Source: a virus (Duplodnaviria; Caudoviricetes). Taken from it: a stretch of DNA of 64,000 nucleotides. The notes beneath the pieces are model-generated. The model did no database searches. It was not told where the DNA came from and saw only the letters and a list, made by a program, of their open reading frames with translations. Positions 53,736-63,298 of this stretch are shown in pieces (the stretch's first letter is position 1; each line of letters starts with the position of its first letter). The stretch spans positions 1,022-65,021 of IMG/VR virus record IMGVR_UViG_3300043429_000757. One strand, given 5' to 3'. The position numbers and the translations under genes were made by a program.

Positions 53736-54206
53736 TTACATGTGCAGAATGTCTTCAGGGTCGTTGACCACGCCTAGCACCTCATCGTCATTGATGAGGC
53801 GAATCTCTCCGCCGTCAATTGGGATACGGGCTCCCGCATAACGGCCAAAGATGATCCAATCACCTTCCTTGCACCACGGCCCGGTCGGAAATTTGGACTC
53901 GTCCCCGTACGCCAGGTCGCCCATTTTCAGGACATACCCGCACACGGTGGCAAGCTGCGTCTTTCGCTGCGTCTCTTCAGCCAAAACGATGCCGCCTTTG
54001 GTCTTCTCAGCCCCGCGGTAAGGCAAGATGGCAATGCGCCATCCGGTGGGCCTGGGAATCGTGTCAATGACGGACTGATCAAGCTTCTCGGGGTCAAACC
54101 CCAGCTCCGTGTAGGCATCGTCCAAGGCTGGTTCCTTGGCAGCGGCCTGTTCGGCCCATTTGCGCTCAAGTGCGGTCATTTGGACCGGTGCAGTTTCGAT
54201 TTCCAT
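53736..54206 (-). CDS. groES: GroES-like co-chaperonin
   Basis: P.GWRI.I.P...KTKGGIVL...G.W..F.RYAG...RLINDDEVLGVV. Confidence 0.9.
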   Translation of the reverse strand: MEIETAPVQMTALERKWAEQAAAKEPALDDAYTELGFDPEKLDQSVIDTIPRPTGWRIAILPYRGAEKTKGGIVLAEETQRKTQLATVCGYVLKMGDLAYGDESKFPTGPWCKEGDWIIFGRYAGARIPIDGGEIRLINDDEVLGVVNDPEDILHM

Positions 54207-54221
54207 GGCTCTCCTTTCAGG

Positions 54222-54422
54222 TTAAAAGTCCTCGTCTTGGTCCCCATTGACCTTCTTCAAAAGGCCTCTCACGGATTCTTCGACCAGGTTCAAACCCTCA
54301 AGGCGGCCCATCATGAAGCGGTAACGCTCCATGTCGGAAATACCTCCACTGAGCACAATTTCGTGTGCCTGTTGACGGTGCTTTCTGATTTCTTTCAAGA
54401 CTGCTTCTGCAAATTCAAGCAT
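54222..54422 (-). CDS. Small portal-cluster protein
   Basis: L.GG..DMERYR...G...GL. Confidence 0.7.
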   Translation of the reverse strand: MLEFAEAVLKEIRKHRQQAHEIVLSGGISDMERYRFMMGRLEGLNLVEESVRGLLKKVNGDQDEDF

Positions 54423-54479
54423 GGTCGTTTCCATGAAAAGCAGTCGGTTTTGCGCCCCGACTGAAGGCGTTGGCGAAGA

Positions 54480-54752
54480 TCAGTATATCTTCACCGGACG
54501 GTTACCGTCCTTTTTCTTCACAACCATCGACGGTCCTTGCACGCCCTTGGCTTTTTTGATGACGTCACCGCCCTTGGCCATCTTGCGTGACTTGCCCGCT
54601 TTGTCGTAGGCAATTGCTGCGGCCTGCTTCACTGCCGCGGCCTTGCTCTTTGGCTTGCTGGTGCCAATCATCCCGTCTTTCTTGTAGTCGCGCACGATCT
54701 CGCCAATGTTGGAGCTGATCGTCTTCTGACTTGAACCCTTTTTAAGCGGCAT
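54480..54752 (-). CDS. Small basic protein (MPLKKGSSQKTIS.NI...QA.AIA)
   Basis: Recognisable phage motif; carries MAKGG. Confidence 0.8.
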   Translation of the reverse strand: MPLKKGSSQKTISSNIGEIVRDYKKDGMIGTSKPKSKAAAVKQAAAIAYDKAGKSRKMAKGGDVIKKAKGVQGPSMVVKKKDGNRPVKIY

Positions 54753-57075
54753 TTTGTACTCCTTGAGGTGCCTGCTGAGCCTTGCCCATCTGCAACGCCA
54801 ACCGCTGCTGGTCCAGAGCGGTCTTCTGCTGCAGTCGTTGCTGATCCAGCGCCAGCCGCTGCTGGTCGATCTGGTTGTCTGCCTGGTCGTTCTGCGCGCG
54901 CTGCTGCAGCTCTTGCTGCTTGAGCGCGATCAGCGGGTCTTCCCCGCCGCCGCCAGAAAGCTCGTCTTGCATCGAGCGAACCTCTTGCATGTACTGCGCA
55001 ATCTTGAGCGCCACCATGCCTTCCTTCTGGATGACAGAGATCATGCGGTCTGGGTCGACGCCGTAGAGCTTGAAAAGCTCGGCTTCCACGTCCTCCTCGG
55101 CCTTCAGGCGCACGTGGTCCAGAATGTGGCGCTGCAGCATCATGGCTGACATCGGATTGGACTGCAAAATAGGAGACAGGCCCATCATCAAGTGTGCTGC
55201 AATGTGCGCGTCGTGCTGTTGGCCGGCAAACGCCTTGAGCTGCATGCCGTTGAGCACGTCGCCGTTCTCCGAGGCCGGGTCCCGAGGCCTCTGCGTGTTC
55301 TGAGGCAGCAAAATGCCGTCGATGTCTCGCACGTTGAGCGCCGCATACACGCGGTAGTAGGCCTCGTACATGTTGTGCATGTTCGGGGCACTCTGTGCAA
55401 GCTGCAGCTGCATCTGAGCAAGCTGAATGCGCTGCGCGGTGCTGAAAATGTTGGGGTCGGCCACCGGCAGCACCGACACCATGTCGTTGAAGTCCGATTT
55501 CTTGACGCGCCGGGACGCGCCAGGCACTTCGTAGGGGTACTCGTCGGGCAAGAAGGTGCCAAAGCCTTCAAACAGCAGCCTGAACTCCAGCGTCTGCGCG
55601 TAATGCATGCGCTTGTGGATGCTGGACATGACCATAGAGCCGCGCTCCAGCAGCGCCAGGGTCGTTCCGACCTGCGCGTATTGGTTGCCGTCGCCAACTT
55701 GCATGTCCGCGGTGCTGGAGAGCCGTTTTCCGGCGTCCACGAGGAAGCCAAGCAGGCCAAAGAGCACCTGGCTGGGCTCTTTGTACGGCAGCGGCATGAG
55801 CGAGGCCGTGAGTTCGGCGCCGCCAGCGTCAATGTCGCGCCATTCGCCCGGCTGAATGGGCGTGGAGTCGTCCGCGATCCGCGCGCCCTTGGCTTTGAAG
55901 CCTGCCGGCAGGTTTGCGAGCGTGCCAGCGTCGATCAACTGGCGCAAAGCGCTCGTTGCGCCCTTGGAAAGGCCGCCAACGAGGTGCACAAAGCCCAATC
56001 CGTACGCGCCCGGGCCCTCCACAAGCACGTAGTGGACGAAATAATTCTTGCGGTCCTTGTTTTTCGACTCTTCGCGCCAGTTTCGGCGCACTCCGATGAC
56101 CTGCAGCGTGTCTTCGGCCAGCGTGACAACGTACGGTAGCTTGATTCCGGTCGGTTCGCCCTGGTCATCCTTGTCTTCAAAGCCTGGGATGTCCAAATCG
56201 ACCATCATTTCCAGCAAAAAGACCTCGCCGATGTCATCCGTGGGCTGCACGCCAACCGCTTTGTTCACCGCTTCCTTGATTTGGCTGGGATCAGCAGGCG
56301 ATGCAGCGGTGTCGACCCTGACATCAAGGTACTCGCCGGCCACAACACGCTTGCGAAAGTCGTTGGAGTCCATCGCAATGCGGTGCGTGATCCGCGCGCA
56401 CTGGCTCATGACGCTCGAACCGTTGTACGGGATGTACACGTCGTCGGCCAGGCACAGTTTTGACACCATCCGGCCCAGTTGGTAGTCGTAGTAGACCTTC
56501 TTGAAGGTTGATCCACCGTAGCCGGTGTAGAAAAGTAGCTGATCAAACTCCGGTGTGTACTCCTCCATCACCGTTGTGATCTGGTAGTTCATAAAATCCT
56601 GCACGCGCGAGGCCTGCTGGTACTTCTCCACCGTCTCTTTGCCCACGATTTGGCTGCGAACAGGGCCTCCGGCGGGCAAAAGCTCCTTGAATGCCTGTGC
56701 CTGGAACTGCACGATGGCCTCGGTGAGCATCGGATGGGCCACGCCAGAGGCTCCGCGGAAGGGCTTTGTGCGCTCTTCCATGCGCAAGCCCAGCAGATCA
56801 AGGCCCTTGGCGTACATCTGCTCCCAATCGGAGCGCGAACCCTTGTCTGCCTCGAACAAAGCGCTCACGTCAAGGGCGATCCTGCCCAGGTCGTCGGGGT
56901 CAATGACCTCTGCCAGGTTGGCGTAGAAGTCGACCTCGTCGGCTTCGTCCTCGCCGATCTCAACCGTGGCGCCTCCGTCCTCGTCGATGACCACCTCAAT
57001 GTCCATCTCAGGCTCTGGTAGGCCCACTACGACGTCCAGAACGGGCGCCCGGTTAAGTGCTTTGTCGATTGGCAT
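54742..57075 (-). CDS. Portal protein
   Basis: 777 aa; GS.FKKVYYD, GLGF.HL.GGL...LRQLIDAGTL.NLPAGFK, PLPYKEPS; synteny. Confidence 0.88.
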   Translation of the reverse strand: MPIDKALNRAPVLDVVVGLPEPEMDIEVVIDEDGGATVEIGEDEADEVDFYANLAEVIDPDDLGRIALDVSALFEADKGSRSDWEQMYAKGLDLLGLRMEERTKPFRGASGVAHPMLTEAIVQFQAQAFKELLPAGGPVRSQIVGKETVEKYQQASRVQDFMNYQITTVMEEYTPEFDQLLFYTGYGGSTFKKVYYDYQLGRMVSKLCLADDVYIPYNGSSVMSQCARITHRIAMDSNDFRKRVVAGEYLDVRVDTAASPADPSQIKEAVNKAVGVQPTDDIGEVFLLEMMVDLDIPGFEDKDDQGEPTGIKLPYVVTLAEDTLQVIGVRRNWREESKNKDRKNYFVHYVLVEGPGAYGLGFVHLVGGLSKGATSALRQLIDAGTLANLPAGFKAKGARIADDSTPIQPGEWRDIDAGGAELTASLMPLPYKEPSQVLFGLLGFLVDAGKRLSSTADMQVGDGNQYAQVGTTLALLERGSMVMSSIHKRMHYAQTLEFRLLFEGFGTFLPDEYPYEVPGASRRVKKSDFNDMVSVLPVADPNIFSTAQRIQLAQMQLQLAQSAPNMHNMYEAYYRVYAALNVRDIDGILLPQNTQRPRDPASENGDVLNGMQLKAFAGQQHDAHIAAHLMMGLSPILQSNPMSAMMLQRHILDHVRLKAEEDVEAELFKLYGVDPDRMISVIQKEGMVALKIAQYMQEVRSMQDELSGGGGEDPLIALKQQELQQRAQNDQADNQIDQQRLALDQQRLQQKTALDQQRLALQMGKAQQAPQGVQNAA

Positions 57076-57084
57076 GTCGTTTCC

Positions 57085-60000
57085 TTATGCGTGGGCCTTG
57101 ATGAATGCCGTATTCTTGTCGACCAGGCCACCTTTTTTGAAGGGAACCCCTTCTTTTTTCACACGGGCAGCAGACTCGGTACCCCAAATCACTGCCGGAT
57201 GCATTATCTCCGTGCCATCGGGCTTTCTCAACGTGACTGAGCTGTACTCGAAGCCCGGACCGAGGTCCTTGACCACTTCCTTGAGGTTACGAGGCAGCTT
57301 TTCGTAGAGCTGTGCTTGGGCGGACTCCGCTCCAGGGAACGCCACAAAGTTGACCCCGCGGTTGATTGCCGCTGCAATCGCGTTCTTTGCCATGAGCTGC
57401 TGGATCACCTGCGGGGAATTCTCCATGCCAGGGAAGGACTCTTTGAGTGAGTACGTCCCTTCTTGGATGCGCTTGTTGATCTTGGCGATGTCGCTGTCAA
57501 CCTTGCCAATCTGCTTGAGAACCTCGTTGTACCGATCGCCCGACTGCCCTGTTGAGCGAAGCTGCACGAACTCCTTCATCAAGGCATCCTTCTTGTCCAT
57601 CAACGGCAGATACTTCTCGTGGAAATCCGTCGACACGTTTCCGCCCAAAGGGCCCAGCTTGCGGATGTCGTCAAGCCGATCCGATTGCAGCTCGTGGATA
57701 TAAATCCCCTTGGTCGGGCCTATGCCAGGGATTACTGTCTCGTGTTCGGAGAATCGACTGAAAGCAATGGGGTCCGGGTCGTTTTTCAGGCCGGAGTGCT
57801 GGCCACGATACGGTTTTACGCCCGCAGAAATCGTCCGATCAAGTGCCGCCCGCAGGGACTGCCCCTCCCTTTGTATCTGCGACCTCAGGTCCCCCCTGAG
57901 AGCCTCTGTGATGTCCTCCACCTGCTTCTGAGCCTCTTTGTTGCCTTCGACAAGCCCGGGCACGTACTGCCTGATTTGCGGGACGTTGTACTGCGTAGCC
58001 AGTTTTTCAGCGGCTTCAGTTATGGTGTCCTCAGCGGCTTTTCTGGTTATCTGAAGCGACCCAAGAGCCTGCTGTTCTGGGTCGTTCATCCTTTCCCTAA
58101 CCAGTCCTTTATACCTGCTGGAAAGGGTGGGATAGAGGAGGGTGTCTTCCAGATCAGCAAAGTCTCGTCTTGCTTTTTGCGCCTGCACATAAGGCGTGAA
58201 CGCCGTGGTTATCTGGCTCACAAGATTGGGCGGGGTACTCTTGGTCAGCTCCTGAATGCTCCTGGACAGGTTGTTGACCTCTTCCTCACTCTGCCCGAGC
58301 GTGCCATAGGTCTTTGACCTGACATTGTCAAATAGTGTCTTGAGGCGCCCTGACTGCGCCGCCACCTCAGGCAACTGATCCTGGATCAAATGGATTACGC
58401 CCATGGGGCGGTCCTGGTACGGGTTGTCCATCGTGCGATAGAAACTGGTCGAATCAGGCTCCACCACTTGAGTGCGATATCGGGCCGGGTCAGAGGACTG
58501 CTTCAGACGATTGAGCAGGTCCGAAGGCGTGATCTTTGCCGTGGCGTCCAAGTCAGCCAGCGCCTCCTGTGCGCGGCCAATTTCATGGTCACGGAACTTG
58601 CCCTTGAGCTGCCCCAAGATTTGATCCTTGCGCACCGGGCCAGGCAGCGACGCCGCAAATTGATCGATTCTGCCGACAAAGGGCGCGTCCGCCGTCGGCC
58701 TTGGCGTGTAGAGGGGCTCCGCCTCTCTGCGAAGCGGAGCCGCGTACGAGGCACCAGGCACTGCAAGCTGGCGGTTGTACTGCTGGAAGTCCTTGGCCAC
58801 GTCACTGGCGGCCTGGCCCGCGCGCCGCGCTGCGTTGACCCCGCCGCGCACAACACCGGCCGGGTTGACCAGGTTCGCGAGCGTCTCGCCGGCCGTGTAA
58901 AAGCCCTTGGCCGTCGGGTCCTCAGGAGGCGCCTGCCGCACGCCCGCGCGCGTCATCTTCTCCTTGATCCAGTCGCTGCCCATGACAGGCTTGTCGACGT
59001 TGTAGCCCAATGGACGCAGCGCCATCGTAGCAATGTCCACCGGTGCGCCCACCAGGTCGTACGGCAGCTCCGACGCTCCCTTGGCCGCGGCCACGTACGC
59101 CGAGCCAGTGTTGAGCGCATCGCTGATGGGACCACGCCTGCGGCCCTTGCCAGAGCTGGGCGTGACAAAGGCCGGGCGGCGCGCCGCTTCCAGCTCCGCG
59201 TCACTGACCTCGCCCTCCTTGGGGCTGCCCTCGGCGCGCTTGACGATCAGCTTGTCCAGGGGGATGATGTCCCGGCCGGCATTCATGCGGTAGCTCTGCG
59301 AAGGGATGACTTGCAGGCGCTGGTCCGGGGTCCACATCTTCCGGTCCTCAACCGCACGCGCTTCTGCCTCCCCCAACAGACGCTTGTAGTACAGGTCGGC
59401 CGCGCCCTCTTGCGCAGCCCTGTCCATGGTCTTCAAGCTTTTCTTGTGGTAATCCAAGTACTCCTGGTACTTCTTGGCAATCTCCGGGGTCACTTCATCG
59501 CTCTGCCACGCCACTTTGGCAAACTTTTCAATCGAGGTCGGCTGAGCCATACGGCCCCTGACCTCCTTCAAAATTTCAAATGCCTGAGGGTCATTGAAGG
59601 CCATGTTCTTTGAGCCACCTTGGCCAAAGCCCTCTCGGAACTGAATCCCGTGCTGCAACTCATGAAGCATGCCCTTGGCGTTCTCGTTCTTCCCGCCAGC
59701 GGTGCCCAAACGGATCGACGCGCCAGGCCCCGACCCGCCCATCAGCACGCTGCGCGTAGAGTACGGGTCCTTGCTCGTCATGATCTTGCCCAGCTCAGGG
59801 TAATTCGCGAAGAGTTCCGGATGCGACAGCACCCGCTCCGCCGGACCCTGTAGAACAGCCTCACGAATCGTCGCGCCTGCGTCCGATATTTCCTGGCGCC
59901 ACATGCCGTCCGGAGCCTTGAAGTTGCCCGTCGCCTTCCAAACCTCCTCAGGCGCGGCGCCCTGCTTGGTCATCTTCTGGGCCAAGGCATTGGAGGCCGC

Positions 60001-61467
60001 GTTCCAGCCCTTGGCGCCCTTGCCAATAAAAATTCCTGCCAGCGCCCCAGGCACGCCCACGCCAGGCATGTTGCCCAAGGCCTGGCCAGTGCGATACGCG
60101 TCACTGCCCGAGGCGCCCGGCTCAAGGCCCGCGTAACCACGCAGTCCTTCCATGACAGGAGAGACAATCGACTTGAGCGCACGCGAGGCGCTGGACTCCT
60201 CGGTCACCGGCTGCTCTTCGGGAGAGCTTGTCACCTCACCGCCCTTTTCAAACCGGCGCACGCCCAGCGTCTCCGAAGTCAAGGTGGGCTGCTCCAATGT
60301 GGGCGCGCCCAGCGTCGAGCGCATCAGTCCGCGCGACTCGTTTTCCGCCGCGCGCAGCTTGAGCTTGTACTGCTTGGCCAAAGCCTGCAGTTGCTCCTTG
60401 GCAGACTTGCCGCCCTTGCCCTTGCTCTTGGGCTCCTTGATCGCAAAGTCCTGGCCCGTGGCCAGCGGTCCAGCAGCCAACTCCATTTCCTTCGGAGCCG
60501 CCGCGCCACCGCCAGAAGGCACCATCACCCGGCTCATGCCGACAGCCTGACGGGGACTGGTCCGCGGACCGAGGTCCTCGAGCATCTGCTGCGACTGCGA
60601 CAGGTAGTCGGCCGCGGCCTCGTCTTCAGTCTGCGGCTCACTCGCGTCAATGAGCGCGTTCATCGCATCAAGGCCCGCGGAGCCGCCCTTGGCAAAGGAC
60701 TGCACCGGTGTCTGCTGCGGCGCGCCATATCCGGCGTACTGGGCCAGCAGCTGCTGGTAGTAGCCCTCCGAATCAGGCTCTTCAGACTCTTGCACGACCT
60801 CGCCTCCTTCAGCAAAGTGCTCGACCTCCCCGCCATGGGCCATGAAGCGATTGGCCACGGACATTGAGCCGAAGTTGAACCTGTCAGGATTGCTTACAAC
60901 ATCAATCGCCAGCGCGCGGTTTGCCGCGTCGGTCTTTGCCCGCTGCGCCGCCGCCTGCTGGTACTCCTGAACTTCCTTCTCTTCAAACGGCAGCGTCGGC
61001 GCCGTCATGGAAAACGCCTCAGGCGTCTTGGGCGCTGTCATCTCAAACTTGCTCGCCACCACCGGCTCAGAAGGGCCAGCGTAGTCCGTCTCGCGGCTGC
61101 CGGCGTTCCAGTCATTGACCGCCTTCTCGTACGCCGCGTACTGCGACTCGTACGGCTTGTAGACCTCTTCGTTGTACTTGGCCGCCGCGTCGTTGTAAGC
61201 CTTGACCTGCGCCTGGTACGGGTTGTACACCTCAGTCTGGTACTTGGTCAACGCGTCGTTGTAAGCCTGGCGCTGGCGCTCGTAGTCCTCCAACATCTGC
61301 TGGCGCTGGTTCAAGTACGCCTTGTCAGAAGGCCGCAGAAAAACCGTCTGCCCCGGGTTTGCAATCCCGCCCACGGCAAAGTTCTGGATAGGCTGCGCCG
61401 TGTTCAGGTCAACAGGCTGAGACAGCGCGTCATCAGTAAGCCGGTAGGGCGAGAGATCGTCTTGCAT
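57085..61467 (-). CDS. Large polyvalent protein (LPD23-like + zincin HExxH module + further domains)
   Basis: WKATG....DG.WRQEISD (LPD23-like), HELQH.IQ..EGF..GG, Y.RL.GEAEAR; C-terminal IHELQSD domain. Confidence 0.8.
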   Translation of the reverse strand: MQDDLSPYRLTDDALSQPVDLNTAQPIQNFAVGGIANPGQTVFLRPSDKAYLNQRQQMLEDYERQRQAYNDALTKYQTEVYNPYQAQVKAYNDAAAKYNEEVYKPYESQYAAYEKAVNDWNAGSRETDYAGPSEPVVASKFEMTAPKTPEAFSMTAPTLPFEEKEVQEYQQAAAQRAKTDAANRALAIDVVSNPDRFNFGSMSVANRFMAHGGEVEHFAEGGEVVQESEEPDSEGYYQQLLAQYAGYGAPQQTPVQSFAKGGSAGLDAMNALIDASEPQTEDEAAADYLSQSQQMLEDLGPRTSPRQAVGMSRVMVPSGGGAAAPKEMELAAGPLATGQDFAIKEPKSKGKGGKSAKEQLQALAKQYKLKLRAAENESRGLMRSTLGAPTLEQPTLTSETLGVRRFEKGGEVTSSPEEQPVTEESSASRALKSIVSPVMEGLRGYAGLEPGASGSDAYRTGQALGNMPGVGVPGALAGIFIGKGAKGWNAASNALAQKMTKQGAAPEEVWKATGNFKAPDGMWRQEISDAGATIREAVLQGPAERVLSHPELFANYPELGKIMTSKDPYSTRSVLMGGSGPGASIRLGTAGGKNENAKGMLHELQHGIQFREGFGQGGSKNMAFNDPQAFEILKEVRGRMAQPTSIEKFAKVAWQSDEVTPEIAKKYQEYLDYHKKSLKTMDRAAQEGAADLYYKRLLGEAEARAVEDRKMWTPDQRLQVIPSQSYRMNAGRDIIPLDKLIVKRAEGSPKEGEVSDAELEAARRPAFVTPSSGKGRRRGPISDALNTGSAYVAAAKGASELPYDLVGAPVDIATMALRPLGYNVDKPVMGSDWIKEKMTRAGVRQAPPEDPTAKGFYTAGETLANLVNPAGVVRGGVNAARRAGQAASDVAKDFQQYNRQLAVPGASYAAPLRREAEPLYTPRPTADAPFVGRIDQFAASLPGPVRKDQILGQLKGKFRDHEIGRAQEALADLDATAKITPSDLLNRLKQSSDPARYRTQVVEPDSTSFYRTMDNPYQDRPMGVIHLIQDQLPEVAAQSGRLKTLFDNVRSKTYGTLGQSEEEVNNLSRSIQELTKSTPPNLVSQITTAFTPYVQAQKARRDFADLEDTLLYPTLSSRYKGLVRERMNDPEQQALGSLQITRKAAEDTITEAAEKLATQYNVPQIRQYVPGLVEGNKEAQKQVEDITEALRGDLRSQIQREGQSLRAALDRTISAGVKPYRGQHSGLKNDPDPIAFSRFSEHETVIPGIGPTKGIYIHELQSDRLDDIRKLGPLGGNVSTDFHEKYLPLMDKKDALMKEFVQLRSTGQSGDRYNEVLKQIGKVDSDIAKINKRIQEGTYSLKESFPGMENSPQVIQQLMAKNAIAAAINRGVNFVAFPGAESAQAQLYEKLPRNLKEVVKDLGPGFEYSSVTLRKPDGTEIMHPAVIWGTESAARVKKEGVPFKKGGLVDKNTAFIKAHA

Positions 61468-61508
61468 ATTTCCCCGTTCGGGTCAAGAGTGTCGCCCCAT
61501 TTTATGCC

Positions 61509-62969
61509 TCAGTAGTACTCCGGGACAAGCCCTTCTTGACTGGGCTCCTCGTCCGGCGCGTCAGTGGCCAAGGTCACGAAGTTGCCCTGGCGAAAGCGCA
61601 TCAGCGCCATGGTCGTCACGTCCACCATGTCGTCGTTGTCGCCGTGCGGAAACGACGCGCATTCCTCCACCAGCTCCTCGGCCCAGTCCGTATCCGGCGC
61701 CCAGACAATCCCCGACTCCAGCACCGGCGCCACCGCGTTGGCCCGGGCGACCTTGTCCGTCCCCGTCTTGCGCCCGCCAGGCGAGTACATCGTCACCGGG
61801 ATGTCCATCCGCCGCAGCTCCTGCTGCAGCGGCGTTCCCGTCGCCTTGGCCTCGATCAGCAGGTTGTCAGGCTGCCAGTGGTCGTACTGCTCCTTGGCCA
61901 CTTTTTTAAGCTCCGGGAAATCCCACCTGCCCCGCTTGACGTCGAGCAAGATGATGTTGGCCCCCGAGTCCTCGTTCAGGTAAAACACGCCCCAGGTCGC
62001 GATGACAGAGAAGTCAGCCGTCTCCTTCTTCGAGTACGCCGTGTCCAAGGTCTGAATGATGTAGTTCACCACCGGTGGATCGTCATGCTGCCAGACCTTC
62101 CACCACTCCCGCTTCAAGATCGCGCCCTCGTCGTTCGTGGGCTGCTGCTGGTACATCGCGTTCCACTTCTGCACCGACAACGACGCCTTGACCGCCAGCA
62201 ACTCGTCCAGCTTCCAGAACTCAGGCCATAAGGGTTTACCACTAGGCAAGATGGCCGGGAACTCAATCACCTCCCACTTGTCAGCGTTGTGGCTCGACTG
62301 CGCCTTGATCAGCCGGGCCGTCATGTCCTTCGTGCCCCAGCGCGTCATCACAATCACGATCGCCCCGCCCGGCTGCAAACGAGTACGCGGACCCCCCTGG
62401 TACCACTCCCAGGCATTGTCCAAAGCCAGGTCCGACAAGGCATCCTGCTCCGAATGCGGATCGTCAATCACCAGCACGTCCGCACCCCGCCCGGTCATCG
62501 CACCGCCAACACCGACCGCAAAGTACTCGCCACCCTTGTTCGTGTCCCACCGACCAGCAGCCTTTGAATCCTGCTTCAAGCTCACCTCAGGAAAAAGCTC
62601 CTTGTACGCAGGCTGGTCCATCAGGTCCCTGACCTTTCGACCAAAGCGCACGGCAAGCTCTCCGTTGTGGGTTGCTTCAATGGCCTTGGTCCGCGGAGCG
62701 CGGCCCATGAGAAACGCCGGCAGCAGGTAGGACGCGAACTCCGACTTCGTGTGCCGGGGCGGCATGTTGATGATCAGGCGCTTGAGCGTGCCATTGGCAA
62801 TTCGGTCAAAGGCCGCGGCCATCTTCTCATGGTGCGCGCCAAGGATCGCCTCTGGCCAGACGTACCGCACAAAGTCGATGAAGTGAGTCCTTGCTCTGTC
62901 CTGAGCTTCAAGTTGCGAGAGCCGCAGTTCAAGGCGCAGTCGCTCCGCGTCGACGTCGTCAGGGATCAT
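61509..62969 (-). CDS. terL: Terminase large subunit
   Basis: NMPPRHTKS, TGRGAD..VIDDP, MTRW, DTAYS...D.S, IEAKATG, FP.G..DD.VD. Confidence 0.97.
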   Translation of the reverse strand: MIPDDVDAERLRLELRLSQLEAQDRARTHFIDFVRYVWPEAILGAHHEKMAAAFDRIANGTLKRLIINMPPRHTKSEFASYLLPAFLMGRAPRTKAIEATHNGELAVRFGRKVRDLMDQPAYKELFPEVSLKQDSKAAGRWDTNKGGEYFAVGVGGAMTGRGADVLVIDDPHSEQDALSDLALDNAWEWYQGGPRTRLQPGGAIVIVMTRWGTKDMTARLIKAQSSHNADKWEVIEFPAILPSGKPLWPEFWKLDELLAVKASLSVQKWNAMYQQQPTNDEGAILKREWWKVWQHDDPPVVNYIIQTLDTAYSKKETADFSVIATWGVFYLNEDSGANIILLDVKRGRWDFPELKKVAKEQYDHWQPDNLLIEAKATGTPLQQELRRMDIPVTMYSPGGRKTGTDKVARANAVAPVLESGIVWAPDTDWAEELVEECASFPHGDNDDMVDVTTMALMRFRQGNFVTLATDAPDEEPSQEGLVPEYY

Positions 62970-63298
62970 GATTGTTTCACGTGAAGAAGTTTGTCATCCA
63001 AATGCCGCTGCTGGTGACATTTGCGGCATAGCCAGGTGATCTGCAAGGGCCTACTGTAGTCCTCGTGATGCTTCTGGGCAACAGGGTCACGGCAGACGGA
63101 GCACGGTTCGGGGGCGATCTTGCCCCGGCGCTGGTACACGTTGGCGTACGAGCGGGCGATCGATCGCTGCTTTTGACCCGGTTCGAGGTCCGCGTGCCGC
63201 GGGCGATGGGCCCTGGCGTACGCAGCATGGCACGCGCGGCAATACCGCTGGGGCAGGCGGTCATTGGGCAAGCCGCATTTCGAGCAGGTTGTTTTCAT
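62966..63298 (-). CDS. Zn-binding HNH-like protein coupled to terL
   Basis: CxxC x3; HHEDYSRPL.ITWLCRKCH...H. Confidence 0.75.
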   Translation of the reverse strand: MKTTCSKCGLPNDRLPQRYCRACHAAYARAHRPRHADLEPGQKQRSIARSYANVYQRRGKIAPEPCSVCRDPVAQKHHEDYSRPLQITWLCRKCHQQRHLDDKLLHVKQS

